Shown here one piece after another: positions 49,950 to 62,766 of a DNA stretch of 64,000 bases (positions within the stretch are counted from its first letter, which is position 1; each line of letters starts with the position of its first letter). This DNA comes from Escherichia virus TH47. Location of the stretch: sequence record MT446416.1; one strand, 5' to 3'. The translations under genes and the position numbers were made by a program. The notes under the pieces were generated by a model. The model saw only the letters and a program-made list of their open reading frames with translations. It had not been told where the DNA came from and searched no databases.

Positions 49950-50552
49950 GATATTCCTCAATGGTTAATCATCCATCTCTTCGAGATGTCTGTTCGCTTC
50001 TAATACTACGTATTCTACGCGAATGAATCATAACTGTCAAGGACTTTTAATATTGACGGGATTTGTTGAGGACTTTTTCATCCCCCGCAGGGGAATGATG
50101 GTAAGAAAAAAGAGACAATTAAGTCTCTTCTTGACGCTGATGGCATCGGATTTTATTGTATCGTGAATTTAGGACGGATCTATATTGTAATAAATCAATC
50201 GCAAACGGAAGCGGGTTGCTCTGTTTCTCCCTATCACGGTCATATGCAACGGTCACTGGTCTTTTCATCCCAGCACTCACTTAAAACTCCATACAATCGA
50301 AGTTCAAGCTGTCTTATAATAAGACTCCCTTAGCAAATCTGGTAAGGTGCGATCCTTATATGTCTATCGAGGAACTCTCGGTATGCTTATCGGAGTTCTT
50401 TATACAGCCGCATTGCCGTGAGGGGTTCAAACTATGCCCACATCTAACGGGTTTCTTTTGCTGTTCGTTCTGTAGCACAACTCATCTGCCCTCTACATTT
50501 TCGAGTGGTTCAGGATTATTTTATTCTAAATGAGCTACAGGTTTTTTTTATT
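49950..50552. other. GC-elevated ORF-free island (candidate structured RNA or decayed element)
   Basis: no ORF of 60 aa or more in any frame; visibly higher GC than flanks; several hairpins; promoter TTGACA-N17-TAGAAT at its minus-strand 3' edge. Confidence 0.3.
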
Positions 50553-51197
50553 CTAAATTTTACTTAATGACAAAGTAATACGTCCATTAAGTAAATCATC
50601 GTTTAAAACATCAATTCTACGTTGTAAACCTTTTATTACACCATCTGACACACTATTATTATATTTTTTAATAATATCAGAAAGATGTTCTTTTTTGGCT
50701 AATTGCCATTTTGCATGAGCTTCTTCAGGTGTGGGAAATGCACCCAAATGATATTTTTTCTTATTTTTGTAAATTTGTGCATAATATGGATTTTTGTATT
50801 CAAAACTCATATTTTTTTTAGGTATATGATAACAAACACCAAGTGGTTGATTTTTATTATTTTTGTCAATGATACACATGTTTATTTCATTTGGTACAAA
50901 TGAACACGTTTCAGGAGAATACATTTTTTTATTACCGTCGATTAAATCTTTATCTAATTCATAACCATCTTTGTAATTTGATATATACCATTCTTTAAAT
51001 TTAGAGTATGTTTTCCATTCATCACATATAATAACTCCTATATATGTTTTATGAGTTTCTTGATACTTTTCAGAATAACATCGTTTTATCATATCTTTCC
51101 ATGTATAATAAACTTTACTATAAACACTTTTTTTTGTGGAATCACCTTTAACATCATTGATTCCAAAACCATATACCAATTTCATATTAAATTCCAA
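50553..51197 (-). CDS. putative freestanding homing-endonuclease-like protein
   Basis: N-terminal YGFGINDV...YYTWKDMIKRCYS...ICDEW resembles N-terminal domains of phage HNH-type endonucleases (memory only). Confidence 0.4.
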   Translation of the reverse strand: MEFNMKLVYGFGINDVKGDSTKKSVYSKVYYTWKDMIKRCYSEKYQETHKTYIGVIICDEWKTYSKFKEWYISNYKDGYELDKDLIDGNKKMYSPETCSFVPNEINMCIIDKNNKNQPLGVCYHIPKKNMSFEYKNPYYAQIYKNKKKYHLGAFPTPEEAHAKWQLAKKEHLSDIIKKYNNSVSDGVIKGLQRRIDVLNDDLLNGRITLSLSKI

Positions 51198-51253
51198 TTA
51201 TGGTTATCATACTAACATTGTATCACACTTTCTAAATTTGTCCCATAAAAAAA

Positions 51254-51273
51254 GGGCTGACAGAAGTCAACCC
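51254..51273 (-). terminator. cassette-type terminator (copy k)
   Basis: GGGTTGACTTCTGTCAGCCC + T8 directly after sigma gene stop. Confidence 0.6.
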
Positions 51274-51280
51274 TTTAATC

Positions 51281-52246
51281 TTAAAAATCTTCGAACTCAT
51301 AACCTTTTGTCTTAACCATCTTACGCAGTCGTTCCATTGCTTCAGAGTACTTACGGTGCAATGAAGAACGAGCAGTCATGACCTTACCCTTCTCATCTTC
51401 AAAACCACTCTCAATGATTTCTCGTAGCGTTTCTGGTTCAGAATAAGAACCAATACCATGTACACGTTCAATCAATTCACGGTCTTTGGCAGATAGGTTA
51501 CTCATCATTTCTGCAATACTTTGTACCAGTGGGGTACTGACAGTTTCTACGCCTAAGTTGTAATCAGGTTCAACTGAAGTAACAATGTCAGATAATGTAC
51601 TTTCTGAATCATTACTCATTTTCATATTCAATGCTACATAAGTGTTATTGTAAGTTAGACAATTCTTAACGTGTTGAATCTCAATACCAGTCTCTTTTGA
51701 CACCATCTCAGGAGTTGGGTATTTACCATGTTTCCTTTGATACTCTTCAACACAACGTTTCACATAAATGTTATTAACACTCATATAACGTGGGAAATGC
51801 ACTAGATAATTAGCATCTGCACTTTCGTTATAGATTGTCATGTACACAGTTGTTGTTGCATATGTAATGAACTTAACATTTTTGGTAGTGTCGAACGTAT
51901 GAATTGCTCGCATTAAACCTTCAACACCATAAGAAATCTTATCTTCAAATGGGATAAAACATGTACATTTACGTGCAACACTTACTACCATTGGATAGTT
52001 GTAGCGAACCAAAAGGTCAATGTTCTTTTCAACGTCAATACCATCACGCACTGCTTGGATGAGCATTTCATTCGTTATACCTTTAGGGCGAGTTAAACTG
52101 ATACCTGTTTTTGGTTTCTCAAACTTGTGACCGTCATGTTCTTCTTCATCAACCGAATCTAGAGCCTCTAAGACGTTGACTTCTTCACTAGCAAAACACT
52201 CATCCAGTACTTCTTCAAAAATTGCATTTAAATCAAGCTTTTTCAC
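51281..52246 (-). CDS. sigma-70 family RNA polymerase sigma factor
   Basis: region 2: YGVEGLMRAIHTFD...FITYATTTV...HFPRYM; region 4-like LSAKDRELIERVHG...ARSSLHRKYSEAMERLRK. Confidence 0.75.
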   Translation of the reverse strand: MKKLDLNAIFEEVLDECFASEEVNVLEALDSVDEEEHDGHKFEKPKTGISLTRPKGITNEMLIQAVRDGIDVEKNIDLLVRYNYPMVVSVARKCTCFIPFEDKISYGVEGLMRAIHTFDTTKNVKFITYATTTVYMTIYNESADANYLVHFPRYMSVNNIYVKRCVEEYQRKHGKYPTPEMVSKETGIEIQHVKNCLTYNNTYVALNMKMSNDSESTLSDIVTSVEPDYNLGVETVSTPLVQSIAEMMSNLSAKDRELIERVHGIGSYSEPETLREIIESGFEDEKGKVMTARSSLHRKYSEAMERLRKMVKTKGYEFEDF

Positions 52247-53838
52247 TTACTTCTCCTAATGAATGAAATCAAAAACGGTATACATTAATATTATCATCGG
52301 TATAGATATCATGGTTATGAACATCCATGAAGGTATCAAATACCTTATCAAGAAGAGTATTATACTCTTCATGTAATGCTGCATCAAGCATGTATTCACC
52401 ACCACTACCCATAAAGAATGTATAATCATTATGGAGATAATCAATCTTCTTGGTAAACTTACCCTTATTAATGATTAAGTGAATGATGTAATCTTTTGAC
52501 ACAAGAACACAGTGACAACTCGCCTTGCGGTCTGGTATCACAGTCTCTTGTGAAATCAAGTATCTCAGTACTTTGTTAATTTCACTAACCTCACCGCAAG
52601 CACTAAACAGTCGGTCGTGTACATACAATGTTTTTTGTGAAACTACACCATAACTAAGTTTTGGCTTCAACGGGAATAGGTTCAAAAATGAACGCTGCTC
52701 AGTTGATGTCACTTTTGAATCAGTAAGTAATACTCCCAAGCGTTTATCAATATAAACAGTTGTCATATTAAACCTTATCTAAAAATTTAGCATAGATATA
52801 AAATTCTTTATCGTTGAATACATTAATTCTAATATCGAAGCGTTGAAGTGTATTCATGTATAATGAACTTTTTAAATAAAAATACAATGCAACAAATTCA
52901 GATATATGCATATTCTTTTTATTATTACATAAATTCTTTAGCATTTTAATGCTATCAAAATCATCTTTATCATATCTGTACTGGAAAAAATTGTATCTAT
53001 TTGAACGGCACTCATAGATGAGAAGGGCCATTATATCAATACATGCTTGAGATTTACAGTACTTATTCAATACAGGGTAATCACCAGTACATAATGCTAC
53101 GAAGATTTTATGTGCAAGTGTTGCTTTGCCTTCAATCGTATAATAGCCAAAAAATTTAATGATTAAGTAATGTATAAATCTAAGCATTGGATTTAGAATT
53201 TCTCCGAAATTACAAGTGTATCATCATAGTCATCAGCAACGGAGTTCAGTACTTCCAAATTACTTTCACCAGAAATACTTTGTACTTCGTTCAAAAGATA
53301 GTTTAGATCAACAGTTGTTACTTTTTCTGAATCAAACACACAGAAAGTCAATTCAGCGTTTGGACAGATCTTCTTCAGATTATCAGCAACAACTTGTTTG
53401 AAGTTAAAAGATGGGGAAGCAACCAGGTTAACTGCAACGAGAATAGATTTCATAATGTTTTCCTTTTTAGCTGATAATTAAATTAGGAGCACATTGTACT
53501 CCATGTTATTGGTTAAGTCAAATACTTTTAGATACCGAGTACTGAATTCAATTCTTTACGCTTGTTATATGAATCAGATTCAAACTTGCTTTTCTTATTG
53601 AAAAGGGATTCGATATCCTTATAGATAGCTTCGATGGATTTAGTTACAACCCATTCGGATTCCTGAAGCATAGCTTGAAGACGTGCGTACTCAACTTTGA
53701 TAGTACTGCGAAGTTCTTCACAAGCTTCTTCGTTCTTAATTAGTGCTTCACTAAGTTCTTTGACCTTATCGATGTTCATAAGTTCCTTACCATTTCCTAG
53801 TTTTGATGTAATAATTATATATCTCTCAATAACTCACG

Positions 53839-54270
53839 TCAACTGTTTTCCGTACCTTTCTCTGCCATTTTGGTGATGTGCCATTTGAGTACTGATTTGT
53901 GTACCATAAAAAATGTGAATGCAAAGACTGTAATGGCTGCTGAAGTAACACTATTAGATAAAGACCCAAGTTGGATGTTAGTACCTAAAATAACAATAAA
54001 TGGATACAACACAATAAATCTACTGTAAGGTTCGTCTCCAGTATCACGGATAAATACAAGCCTTTCATGATCAGTATCCATTGTGACAATTACAATTGGA
54101 AAGAACATAAGTGCAGACATAAGAGCAATACCAATTTGTGCTACATTGGAAATTGTAAACCACAAAGGATTTAAACCATATGAAATGTTATTTTCAGTAC
54201 AGTAATATCCGAATGTATTGAATGTACAAACTAAAAATACAAAAATGCAAATCTTATTGTATGCCCTCAT
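53839..54270 (-). CDS. polytopic membrane protein (143 aa), paralog of 54267..54704
   Basis: several hydrophobic helices; RLVFIRDTG vs RLLFVKVFG motif. Confidence 0.6.
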   Translation of the reverse strand: MRAYNKICIFVFLVCTFNTFGYYCTENNISYGLNPLWFTISNVAQIGIALMSALMFFPIVIVTMDTDHERLVFIRDTGDEPYSRFIVLYPFIVILGTNIQLGSLSNSVTSAAITVFAFTFFMVHKSVLKWHITKMAEKGTENS

Positions 54271-54704
54271 TTGTTTAGCTCCGTTAATTTTCGTTTAACT
54301 TCAAGATCATAATACTCATCAGCATATGAGTTTTGAACAGTTCTTGTATATTCCAACATTACAAACATAGAACCACACACCCACAGATAAGTATAGTAAT
54401 CAAATACAAAAGCATAGATAATACATGGTATTAAAATAAATGTAAACACAAAACTATATCTCTTAGTACCGAATACTTTAACAAAAAGCAGACGGCGGTA
54501 ATCACGTGCAAATGTATGAATACATATAGAAAATATAATCAATGAATACCATGAAATGCCCTGGATTACACCTGAAACATTTACAAGTTTATGTCCGTCT
54601 GGAAACCCCAGTGCATTAAGCACTGGAGCCATAACCCAACCAATAATAGCAATAAGAAATAGATACTTTGCATTGCTAAGTGTGAACATTATTTCAGTCC
54701 CCAT
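54267..54704 (-). CDS. polytopic membrane protein (145 aa)
   Basis: as above. Confidence 0.6.
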   Translation of the reverse strand: MGTEIMFTLSNAKYLFLIAIIGWVMAPVLNALGFPDGHKLVNVSGVIQGISWYSLIIFSICIHTFARDYRRLLFVKVFGTKRYSFVFTFILIPCIIYAFVFDYYTYLWVCGSMFVMLEYTRTVQNSYADEYYDLEVKRKLTELNK

Positions 54705-57026
54705 GCCTTTTTAATAGCATCCACTGCGTTCTGGTCTACGACTTCCTGTTTAGTAGCACTGGCTTGTAGTTTATCAACTACATAGTTCTTAGCATCTTTT
54801 TCAATCATAAACTTACCATCAACTAAACACCCAAATACTTTAGAGTTACGTGCTGGGTATGTCCCGATTTCATCAAGAGTACGAACTTTCTTATCAACTA
54901 CAATTGCTTTGATGTAACCAGTTTCCAGTACTGTAGTAATGACAGTCATTTCGATTGCAATTGGTGACTCTTCCCAGAATGCAATCCACTTTGTGAAGCT
55001 GCGATCCGGTGAATCTTTTGTTGGCTTCAGTTTAATTGCACTGTTGAAAATGTACTGCTTGAATCCATCTTCAACCACTTCACTGATACTTAGGTAACCT
55101 TCACGTTCTTCTGCGTTGCGTTTGAATTGAGTAGCTAATACGTCCATCGTTAAATCCTCTTGTCAGTTATTGCGGTACGAAGCTATTATACTACCATTTA
55201 CTATTTGGAGTCAACACATTTCAACAAGTATTTTTCTATGTATCTTATATGTGATGGTGGTAACAGTAAGTTTTCGTATCTAACCCTGTACACACTACAA
55301 TCTCCTAGATGAAAATGACTGGTAGGATACAAGTCAGTTCTAATACTAACACGTTTACGATTATCAGTAAAGTTAATTAATGATTTTGGATTGTTATTAG
55401 CATGAGTTCTTACAAAGTATTCAATTTCATTGAGTGCTTTTTCGTCGTATACATACTTGTCAAACACACCTAGTGTAAAGTACCTTGGATGGTACATATA
55501 TGAGAATAACAATGCAGGAATATACTTCTTTATCCCTTCGTGTTTTGCAATAGCTGAAGCATATGCAAAATGTGATGCATCAGAGAAGATGTTAAGAAAA
55601 ATGAAATATGACACTAATAAACCTAGAATCAGCAAAAGTGTCATTCAAAACCTCTGTATTTTTCATATACTTCAACACATTCCATGATCTTGTCATCATC
55701 AGTCATGTCATAACCCTGAAGAAATTCTTCTTTATCAACATTAGCAGCCATCATGTCATCATCCGAAATCCTTGAATCATAGAATGTGTACATATCTTTA
55801 TAGTACTGCTTGTTGTGCTGTTCATCCTTAACCTTAGCATACCCAGCACAAAACGATGGTGATTTAACTACATTCCATTTATGCTTTTTGATAGGCTTAT
55901 CATTAGCATGTTTTTCACGGTATTGCTGGCGGTAACGTTCACGCATCTCAGGCATGTATTCTTCCGCAGTACGTTTTGGTTGGGCTTTCCCTGTTCCAAT
56001 CGTCTTGATTGTTTGACGCTGGTCTTCCGCATGTACTGGTGCAACAAAGCAGGAAGTACTGAATACAACAGCAGTGATTACTAGAAAGTGTTTAAACATA
56101 ATCAAACCTCTTTTACAATAATGTCGATTTGCACAGGAATAGCAATCTCACTATTGCATGAATAAACATCTGCACAGTACTCAATATCTAGTACTTCATA
56201 GTATTTTTCAAAGCCACAGATTGTAAGATTCAACGTAGCACCAATAGCTGGCAATACGGGAAAGGATAAAAATGCAATTTTAGAATTAAATTCTTCATTA
56301 ATATCTTGATATACAGTGGCAGTAATCATAATGGTAACTCCTGAAGTGGTTTAATAATACTCAGTACTGGGTGATTTTCAATCATCGGTCGCCCTGGTAC
56401 ACCTGTTAGCACAACTGGAATCGAACTAATGTCTTTTACATAGTTGAATCCCTCAAATGTGAATTCTTGCTTTTTCTCATTATACAATACCCACAGAATA
56501 ACGTCAGCTTTTTTCTGTATATTTTTTAACTGTCGAGTACTAACACATGGTCCAAAGTCTGTCCACGATTTGTACTTGATACCTTTCACTTCAATTCTTA
56601 AGTTGTTTACTTTGATATCACATTCACCATCACGACCATCACTTTGGAACGCTGGATCAATGTTAAGTGCAATACCTGAATAGTTTTCAATTTCATTAAA
56701 AAGTACAAATGATGCATGTTCACATACCATCCCTACAAAATGACTGTGAGCGTGATTAAATCCATACGGCGATTTACTTGCAGGTGCAAGAATCTTATAT
56801 CGTTCAGATTTCTCAATTGCTTTAGCCATAAAAGAATCAGCTTCATCTTTGTATAGCTTAACAGTCATTTTGCCATTTTTCAGTACTAAACGTTTTTCTA
56901 CAACACTCATAAAATCCCCTTATTGATATTCCATTTAAGTATACGTCAAAAACACAACTCAGTCAAGGTGCTTTTTTACCTATCCAGAATAAATACGTTA
57001 TAATAATTATACCAATGGAGGGATGA

Positions 57027-58184
57027 ATGTCAAGATCGATTGCTGCTGCTGGACGATATAAGTTCGGTGAATGTGGATATGTAGTCGATGGTGCAATTCT
57101 CAACGATGGGACTAAACTCAAAAATGTTCGAATCTATCGTCATAGAAGCCATAGATTATATGATTTACTTGATCCTGTAAGTAATGTAATTTATCGTAAA
57201 GTACAAATTACAACAAAGGATATACAAGGATATCAATTAAACTACAACAAAACTAATGATCAAATCCTAAGTGAAATAAGAAAGAACTCTTTTTTCGTAA
57301 GAGGATACTCAGATGCTAAACTTGAATCAGATCCTACTGGGTTTGTTTATAAGTTTCTTTTGCACAAAACAATTCTAGGTAGTTCACAAACACTATATAA
57401 TATGTACACCCCTGAATGCGGGATTATAGATAGAGATATAGACAACATCCTTATGTTCCCAACGTTCGTAGGTGATGATTTGGTAGGTGGTCGCCTATTC
57501 AACGCAGGTTCAGCCATTGATACAACTGGAATGCGTATTACCGTTATACTTCCTGACGGAACCGAGTACTTCACAACTGAAATAATTGATGATGTTTTTA
57601 GTATTCCAGTTGATCCAATTACTCAATCCGGTAAAGGAACCATCATACTCACTTCTGACATATATAATACCAAAACTATTGAATTTGATATACTAGAAAG
57701 CGGCGAAGATATTGACTTCGTTACTTCAGTACTTCTATCTCAGTTTGAGTACACGTCCGATGGTATGTACATGGCAACTGTACCAGCTACTGTGCATGAG
57801 CGTGGTGAGTATCTTGCTCTACAAGCATACAGTGGTGATTTATTCCAAATTGGAGTAGACCTCATTGTAGATCCTAGCGGTAATATTACTGTGTACCAAA
57901 CTGATGATGCTCCAATCTCATTGAGTATTATTGGTAAAACCTTACACACCACTCCATATCACAACACGTATACTGATAGTGATTGGGTAGTTGATGGTGA
58001 TTCTATGTACACACTGTCCATTCCTGCCAGTGAACATGGTAAAATCCTCCCACAAGTTCAAGTCTATGCTGAAGACAATCACGTTGTACTAAGTGAAGTT
58101 GAACTAGATGCCGATGATAATGTTGTATTAAAAGTTGTTGAACCATTTGGCTGTACTGTAGTCATTGTTGGTTATAACGCATAA
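57027..58184 (+). CDS. hypothetical protein (385 aa), plus-strand
   Basis: GGAGGG RBS; ends at bidirectional terminator. Confidence 0.65.
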   Translation: MSRSIAAAGRYKFGECGYVVDGAILNDGTKLKNVRIYRHRSHRLYDLLDPVSNVIYRKVQITTKDIQGYQLNYNKTNDQILSEIRKNSFFVRGYSDAKLESDPTGFVYKFLLHKTILGSSQTLYNMYTPECGIIDRDIDNILMFPTFVGDDLVGGRLFNAGSAIDTTGMRITVILPDGTEYFTTEIIDDVFSIPVDPITQSGKGTIILTSDIYNTKTIEFDILESGEDIDFVTSVLLSQFEYTSDGMYMATVPATVHERGEYLALQAYSGDLFQIGVDLIVDPSGNITVYQTDDAPISLSIIGKTLHTTPYHNTYTDSDWVVDGDSMYTLSIPASEHGKILPQVQVYAEDNHVVLSEVELDADDNVVLKVVEPFGCTVVIVGYNA

Positions 58185-58220
58185 CAAAAAAGCCACTACA
58201 ATGTAGTGGCTTTTCTTTTA
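58185..58220. terminator. bidirectional terminator
   Basis: GCCACTACAATGTAGTGGC hairpin flanked by A-run and T-run. Confidence 0.65.
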
Positions 58221-61207
58221 TCTATATCTTATTTGAAGTTTTTACGTAGAACTTCTTCCAGTGTTTGTTCTGGATTAGCAATTGCAACAGTGTAAATCAA
58301 ATCTTTGAATGCCTGTACTGCTTGCTCAGTTGCTTCTTTACCGAAGTTAGCTGAAATACTGCTAAACATATTTTCAGCACGTTCAGAACTAATTAGTTCA
58401 TTAACAAAGGTATCAATCTCTTTTTTGAGTTGTCCAGTTGTCATGTCACCAATTAGCATTTCATCAACTTCTGGCTTTTCATCAGTACTAACACGTACAT
58501 TTGTAAAGCCAAATACATCATCCAGTGAACCAAAACTATGTTTAACTTTAGAAACAATAGATGGCTTGGTGCGTTCTACTGGTTCTACTGGTTCTTCTTG
58601 TTTCTCTTCAGAATCAGTACTTGATTCGTATGGCTTGGTGAACATATGAGTGAGAACGTCATCAATGTTTTTAATCATACCTTCAACACGTTCTTCAGTT
58701 TTCTTAGTAACTTCTTTGAATGCTTGCTCAAGTAGACGATCTTGAACTGTAGTACGTACATCACCAACAACACCACGTAATTTTTCATTACACTGGTCTA
58801 GAATTGATAATAGTTCACCACTTTTAATTTTGTCAACCAATAAATCAAGGTCAGATTTAACTTCAGGTTTCTTCTCAATACCATTTAGTAAGCTGTTAAG
58901 CTCTTGAGCACCCTCAATCGCTTCTTGATGACTGGTAAATTGAACAGGCACATCAACACCATCTAGAACGATATTGAGTACTTTACCATCTACATAAGCG
59001 TAAGAGTAATATTCTTTTTTGAAGGAAATGGTTTTGAAGAAAATGTTGCTCATATTGTTACTCCTTATTTCCCAGATGCTGGGTATGTTTTAAACATATA
59101 GTGACATTGTACTAAATCATTGAATTTCAATCCAAAATCTTTAGTACCCATCAGTGTGTGATAAAAATAATGTGAAATCTCATTGGTTTCTGCATCTTTA
59201 ATATAGATACCGAACTCGGTACAGCAGAACTGAACGACTTCATTATAACCTACTAATTTCGAAACAACAAGTACTTGATCATAAGAATTTGCATCAAAAC
59301 GAATGATATACATATCTTCAGTTTCAGGATGCACAATCATACCACCACGTGAAATGATTTTGACAAAATTCTCGCTCAAGTACTGAATTGTTGAACTCAT
59401 GTCCATCTACGACTCCTTGCGTATAACACGTCCTGTTAAGTGCTCATCTGCACAGAACTTCATTATAAATGCCTTAAGATAGAAGTTGTCTAAGATGCGG
59501 TATGCTTGCTTCTTCATAACAACTTCCTTCTTTTCTACATCTACAATTATATCATGTTCTTCATGAAGTTCCTGGATCATTTTGTAAGTTTGGAAATTTA
59601 GTACGCTCATAACCACCTATATCCTCCATTTCCCATAAAATTCCAATCGCAACTGAAAGATCATGGTGAATTTGAAAATAGCCATGTGCAGCAGTGTAGA
59701 TATAACCATGCTTGGTTATTGCATAACCCCACTTCTTACTCTCCGAATGCATCGCACGCTTCAATGCATATGGTGATCGGGGTAGCTTCTCTGGCTCTGG
59801 CTCACGGTTTTCGTTGTAAATCTCTTGTTCGATTCTCAACGCTTTATGATATGAGTATACATGAATTAGACGACAAAGTACAATAGTAATGCAACAAATA
59901 ATTGTAAAATATATCAGATTAATCATTTCAACCTCTGCATAGAAACGTACTCGTTGATTGCATCAACTAAATCATATCCAGACATCACCGTATCATTGAT
60001 GGTCACATTGTACTTTTTACGAACTTGTGTACCATCTGTTTTACTGTATAGTGATCCATCTGGTTGAATTGTTAAAGTATTGTTTAGAATAAAATCAAAC
60101 ATTTCTTCTTTTGATAGATTTACAGTACGTGTGTCAATATGATCAGTACTTACCAATTCACGAGTATGTTTGACACCGTACTCGGTGTGTTCACCTACAC
60201 TACGATGCAATACCTTTAACTGCTCGGCTGCTGTCTCTTCATCATAGACATGAATAGTTTCAGTACTGTATACAATATCTTGAATATTACCAGTACTTAC
60301 TTCTGTCCATGTATCTTTGAAATGTGTTTTGATTGTTTTCATAGTAGTTCGTATTAGTTATATGAAGTGAATAAATCAATATTTGCATCATCTACACTGA
60401 TTAATTTACCAGTTGAACTAACAAACACAATATTACCACCAGGGGTGAGTTGAACACGCTGGTTTACTGAATATTGATCACTAAGGTTATAATTAGCCCA
60501 TTCAACTACATAACGCTGTTCAACACCATTAGTATCATAAAGATAAACGTGTGTAACATCACGCATTTTTAAACGTTCTAGTAGTGTTGAGTTATCCATG
60601 AAATCAGATGGTGTGTCACTACGTAATGCGATACCGAACTCACCAATACCAGTACGAATAGTTAGACCGTTGGAAAAACGACTACAAAGAGTTTTCTCGT
60701 CAGCAATATGCATCCATAAAACATTCTTTACTTCAATCTCAATGAACTCACAATTTTCAAAAACTAAACCTACTTTAGAAACCTTACCATTAAATTGCAT
60801 CATAAACTCCTGTTTTTTTGTATTTTAAAATAAAATCTCTTGCTGCTTTCATAAGTTTAAATGGAATAGCTAATTCTTTAACAGTACTATCCATGAAATG
60901 TTCTTCTTCTGTATCATAGAATGTTGACATGTAATGGTCACAATCGTCAATTCTATCCCAGAAATCGGATGTACTTGGCTTGTTAGCGATGACAGTTATT
61001 TGTTTATCAGTTTTAGTATAGGAGGCATGTATCGTTAATCCAACATCACCCTTTTCAACACGAATTATAAACGAATTATTAGATGTATAACTCAGCCAAC
61101 AATCTTCACCGAAGTATACAGTACTGTGTTTCTTCTCAAATGTATTACTGTTTTCAAGTACATCAATGACAATATCAACCGCATTGTCACTTAAAATTTT
61201 GACCATA

Positions 61208-61612
61208 TCATCTTCCTCGTAGGTTTCTGGCAATTTCAAAGATACCATTAATGTTGTCAACTGTCAATCCACACATATCGTATACAGTAGATAGCTGAAA
61301 GAACATATCTTCATCTATAGTAACATGTTCAATCTGCATTTGCAAGAGCACTTCACCAAGAAAATGATCGTATGTTTGTATCTTAAAAGAATCATAATAT
61401 ATATCAATGAAGAATTTTGGCACACCATAGAACGAAACGACAAGTACAATGTTGTCAGAAGCTTCACATGGAACACTCAATGTATTTTTAAATGAACGGT
61501 ATTCAAATGTGTACGGGTCCACGTCACATGTATAGAATGAACTACACCCTTCAGAAAATATTACACCATTTTCAATTAGCATAGATAGTGCATGTGGTGG
61601 AATTTTCAACAT
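61208..61612 (-). CDS. FQYS-family protein (134 aa)
   Basis: C-terminal IDEDMFFQLSTVYDMCGLTVDNINGIFEIARNL. Confidence 0.55.
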   Translation of the reverse strand: MLKIPPHALSMLIENGVIFSEGCSSFYTCDVDPYTFEYRSFKNTLSVPCEASDNIVLVVSFYGVPKFFIDIYYDSFKIQTYDHFLGEVLLQMQIEHVTIDEDMFFQLSTVYDMCGLTVDNINGIFEIARNLRGR

Positions 61613-61620
61613 TTCAATGT

Positions 61621-62037
61621 TTATCCTTTATTTTGTTGTACGTTATTATGTAGTACACCACAAATATAAAATAATTTACTTAGATTAGAATAACTTATGT
61701 TAGTTAGATCGTATACGAAATTTAGTTGCATATACATATCTTCAGTTAAATCATACAATGATTCGTCCACATCAATTACAATTTTCTTTGTAGTGTCAAT
61801 CTCTACTTTATTAGGCCATACATCAATAACATAATCATCACCATGTTTTTCAGATATGGAAATGAAAACATTATCGCTTTGTTCTAAAAACTCCATGTAT
61901 CCGTTAAGAAATGATCCAGTTATTATCTCATATTCACCAGAATGATACGTTGTTCTGGACTCAAATTCATTTAAAAATATCAAACGATATGTTTGGTTGA
62001 TATACTCATCAATTAAACTAATAACTTCTTTATTCAT
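61621..62037 (-). CDS. FQYS-family protein (138 aa)
   Basis: start MNKEVISL at 62037 with GGGGA RBS; C-terminal ESLYDLTEDMYMQLNFVYDLTNISYSNLSKLFYICGVL. Confidence 0.5.
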   Translation of the reverse strand: MNKEVISLIDEYINQTYRLIFLNEFESRTTYHSGEYEIITGSFLNGYMEFLEQSDNVFISISEKHGDDYVIDVWPNKVEIDTTKKIVIDVDESLYDLTEDMYMQLNFVYDLTNISYSNLSKLFYICGVLHNNVQQNKG

Positions 62038-62766
62038 TACATTAATCCCCACAAGAAAAAAGGCCGATTCATAATGAATCAGCCTTAAGTATAACACAGT
62101 AGAAGTAAAAATGTCAACTTCTAAAATACAGTATCAAAGAGGAATAAAAAAGATACTGTTAGAGGGTAACGAATATAATGAACCATGAGGGTGATATCAT
62201 TATACTTTAAAAGAGTGATAGCTTCTAGACAAAAGGAGGAATTCAGTACCGACTAGAAGCTATCCGGTTAAACGATTTCAGTACTGAATGTTTAGTTTAG
62301 GATGAGTATGTCCATCTTCGATTTGCTTTAGAATCGAGTCGCGGATCTCCACTGCACCCTGATAACTGTATTTATCGTTCGGAACTACCCATGTATATTC
62401 ACCATCAGTGGTTTTAAAATCAATACATGGATTGTCTCTGTATTCAGATGCAATGATTGATATAACATGCAATGAATTCAATGAATGATTTGTATAAGGA
62501 TAATTGTTATTGTCTCGGAACGTGAATGTTTTTAGTTCATCAGGTGCAACAATAAATTCCATTATTCATCCTCGTACTTCTTGAATGGTGGAACATCTAC
62601 CTTGAAGTCTTTGCACATCTTAGTTGCACGAACTTCAGTATTGTTGTGGTAATTTTTATTAAATTCATAAGAAACATAATTACGAATACCAGGTGTATGA
62701 ATAATAGCAAGAACCAATGTACGACCAAATAAGCATAACAAATTCAAAAACATATTAAGCTCCGAG

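Noticed and set aside
49950-51197. Group I intron with embedded homing endonuclease ORF
   Set aside because: No interrupted host gene is evident (the sigma-factor ORF upstream is complete and terminated), and conserved P7/P4-type elements were not recognisable by eye; retained only as an unassigned structured island.
62038-62097. ORF-track start at 62097 for gene 61621..62097
   Set aside because: The extension reads through the upstream terminator hairpin; ATG at 62037 with GGGGA RBS is preferred.
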